Shown here piece after piece: positions 63,563 to 64,000 of a stretch of DNA of 64,000 nt. This DNA is from a virus. The DNA is taken from IMG/VR virus record IMGVR_UViG_3300036985_004624. One strand, written 5' to 3'. Below the pieces are notes generated by a model. That model made no database searches and was not told the DNA's origin. It was given only the letters and a program-made list of their open reading frames with translations. The translations under genes and the position numbers were made by a program. How positions within the stretch are numbered: the stretch's first letter is position 1; the number at the start of each line of letters is the position of its first letter.

Positions 63563-64000
63563 TTACTTAAAATATTCTATAAAGTATTCATTCCTTAGTT
63601 TTTCTAAATCTTCATCTAATACAGTGATATCAAGTAGCTTATTATATGCATCTATCTGCCGTTGTTCACGTACACTAAGATATTTAGCATCTTCTTGTTG
63701 TAATTGTATACTAAATCCCGGATCAAGTCTACCGGATTTTAATGAAACTATATTACTATCGCTCACAGGATTGATACCAAAACTAATATTCTTGATACCT
63801 TGCTTCTTAAACGAAATTACATACTCGATTATAGATTGTATATCTTTATAATTTAATAATGTTACCGTAATGACAATGTTTAATATAATATCTGAGTACA
63901 CATTACTACGTTCATTTAAACTGCTTGCTAATTCTTCAAAATTTCGTTTCCATAAATCCCAATTAAGATATTTTCGTGTTGCATTTTTCCCTAATGTATC
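63563..64000 (-). CDS. C-terminal part of a probable radical SAM protein (5' end outside the window)
   Basis: Frame open to the window edge: DTLGKNATRKYLNWDLWKRNFEEL...ITVTLLNY. Confidence 0.5.
   Translation of the reverse strand, partial: DTLGKNATRKYLNWDLWKRNFEELASSLNERSNVYSDIILNIVITVTLLNYKDIQSIIEYVISFKKQGIKNISFGINPVSDSNIVSLKSGRLDPGFSIQLQQEDAKYLSVREQRQIDAYNKLLDITVLDEDLEKLRNEYFIEYFK

Noticed and set aside
553-63851. Many short plus-strand ORFs in the track (e.g. 553-831, 5892-6242, 9392-9784, 34602-35084, 62741-62941)
   Set aside because: Antisense shadows of well-supported minus-strand genes or tRNAs, without SD or recognisable motifs
1-64000. Stop-codon reassignment
   Set aside because: Core genes are full length under code 11, TAG and TGA both end genes, and no suppressor tRNA was seen

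Overview
AT-rich 64-kb segment of a large lytic T4-related (jumbo-type) myophage genome, standard genetic code, almost entirely encoded on the minus strand. It carries nucleotide and cofactor genes (cytidylyltransferase, folE, thyX, class II nrdJ, dNMP kinase, glutaredoxin). An NAD+ salvage pair (nadV, natV/NadM-Nudix) is split by an RlmN-like radical SAM gene and a homing endonuclease. There is a replication/recombination block (gp41 helicase, primase, a ~200-aa minimal DnaE, UvsW/Y/X, gp32), a morphogenesis block (terminase, head completion, tail tube, tail sheath, neck, many head-associated proteins), rIIA/rIIB, and the start of a tRNA region. The most unusual signals are non-coding. (1) A circularly permuted tRNA-like RNA with a CAU anticodon arm and a GAAA-closed acceptor stem, held by a terminal pseudoknot (62821-62936). 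(2) An 8/4-fold, tRNA-Sec-like tRNA-Ser(CGA). (3) A tRNA split by a cassette made of an intact tRNA-Arg(CCU) plus an antisense HNH nuclease. (4) A shared two-hairpin leader in front of both NAD genes. (5) A double-pseudoknot leader on gene 32. (6) A structured late RNA at 51511-51590. Protein-level oddities include an RlmN-like enzyme lacking the resolving cysteine, an AUU-initiated gene, a frameshifted NADAR gene, and a family of late proteins with capsid-targeting-like N-termini and Glu-delimited cargo modules. All calls come from reading motifs by eye; no database searches were run.
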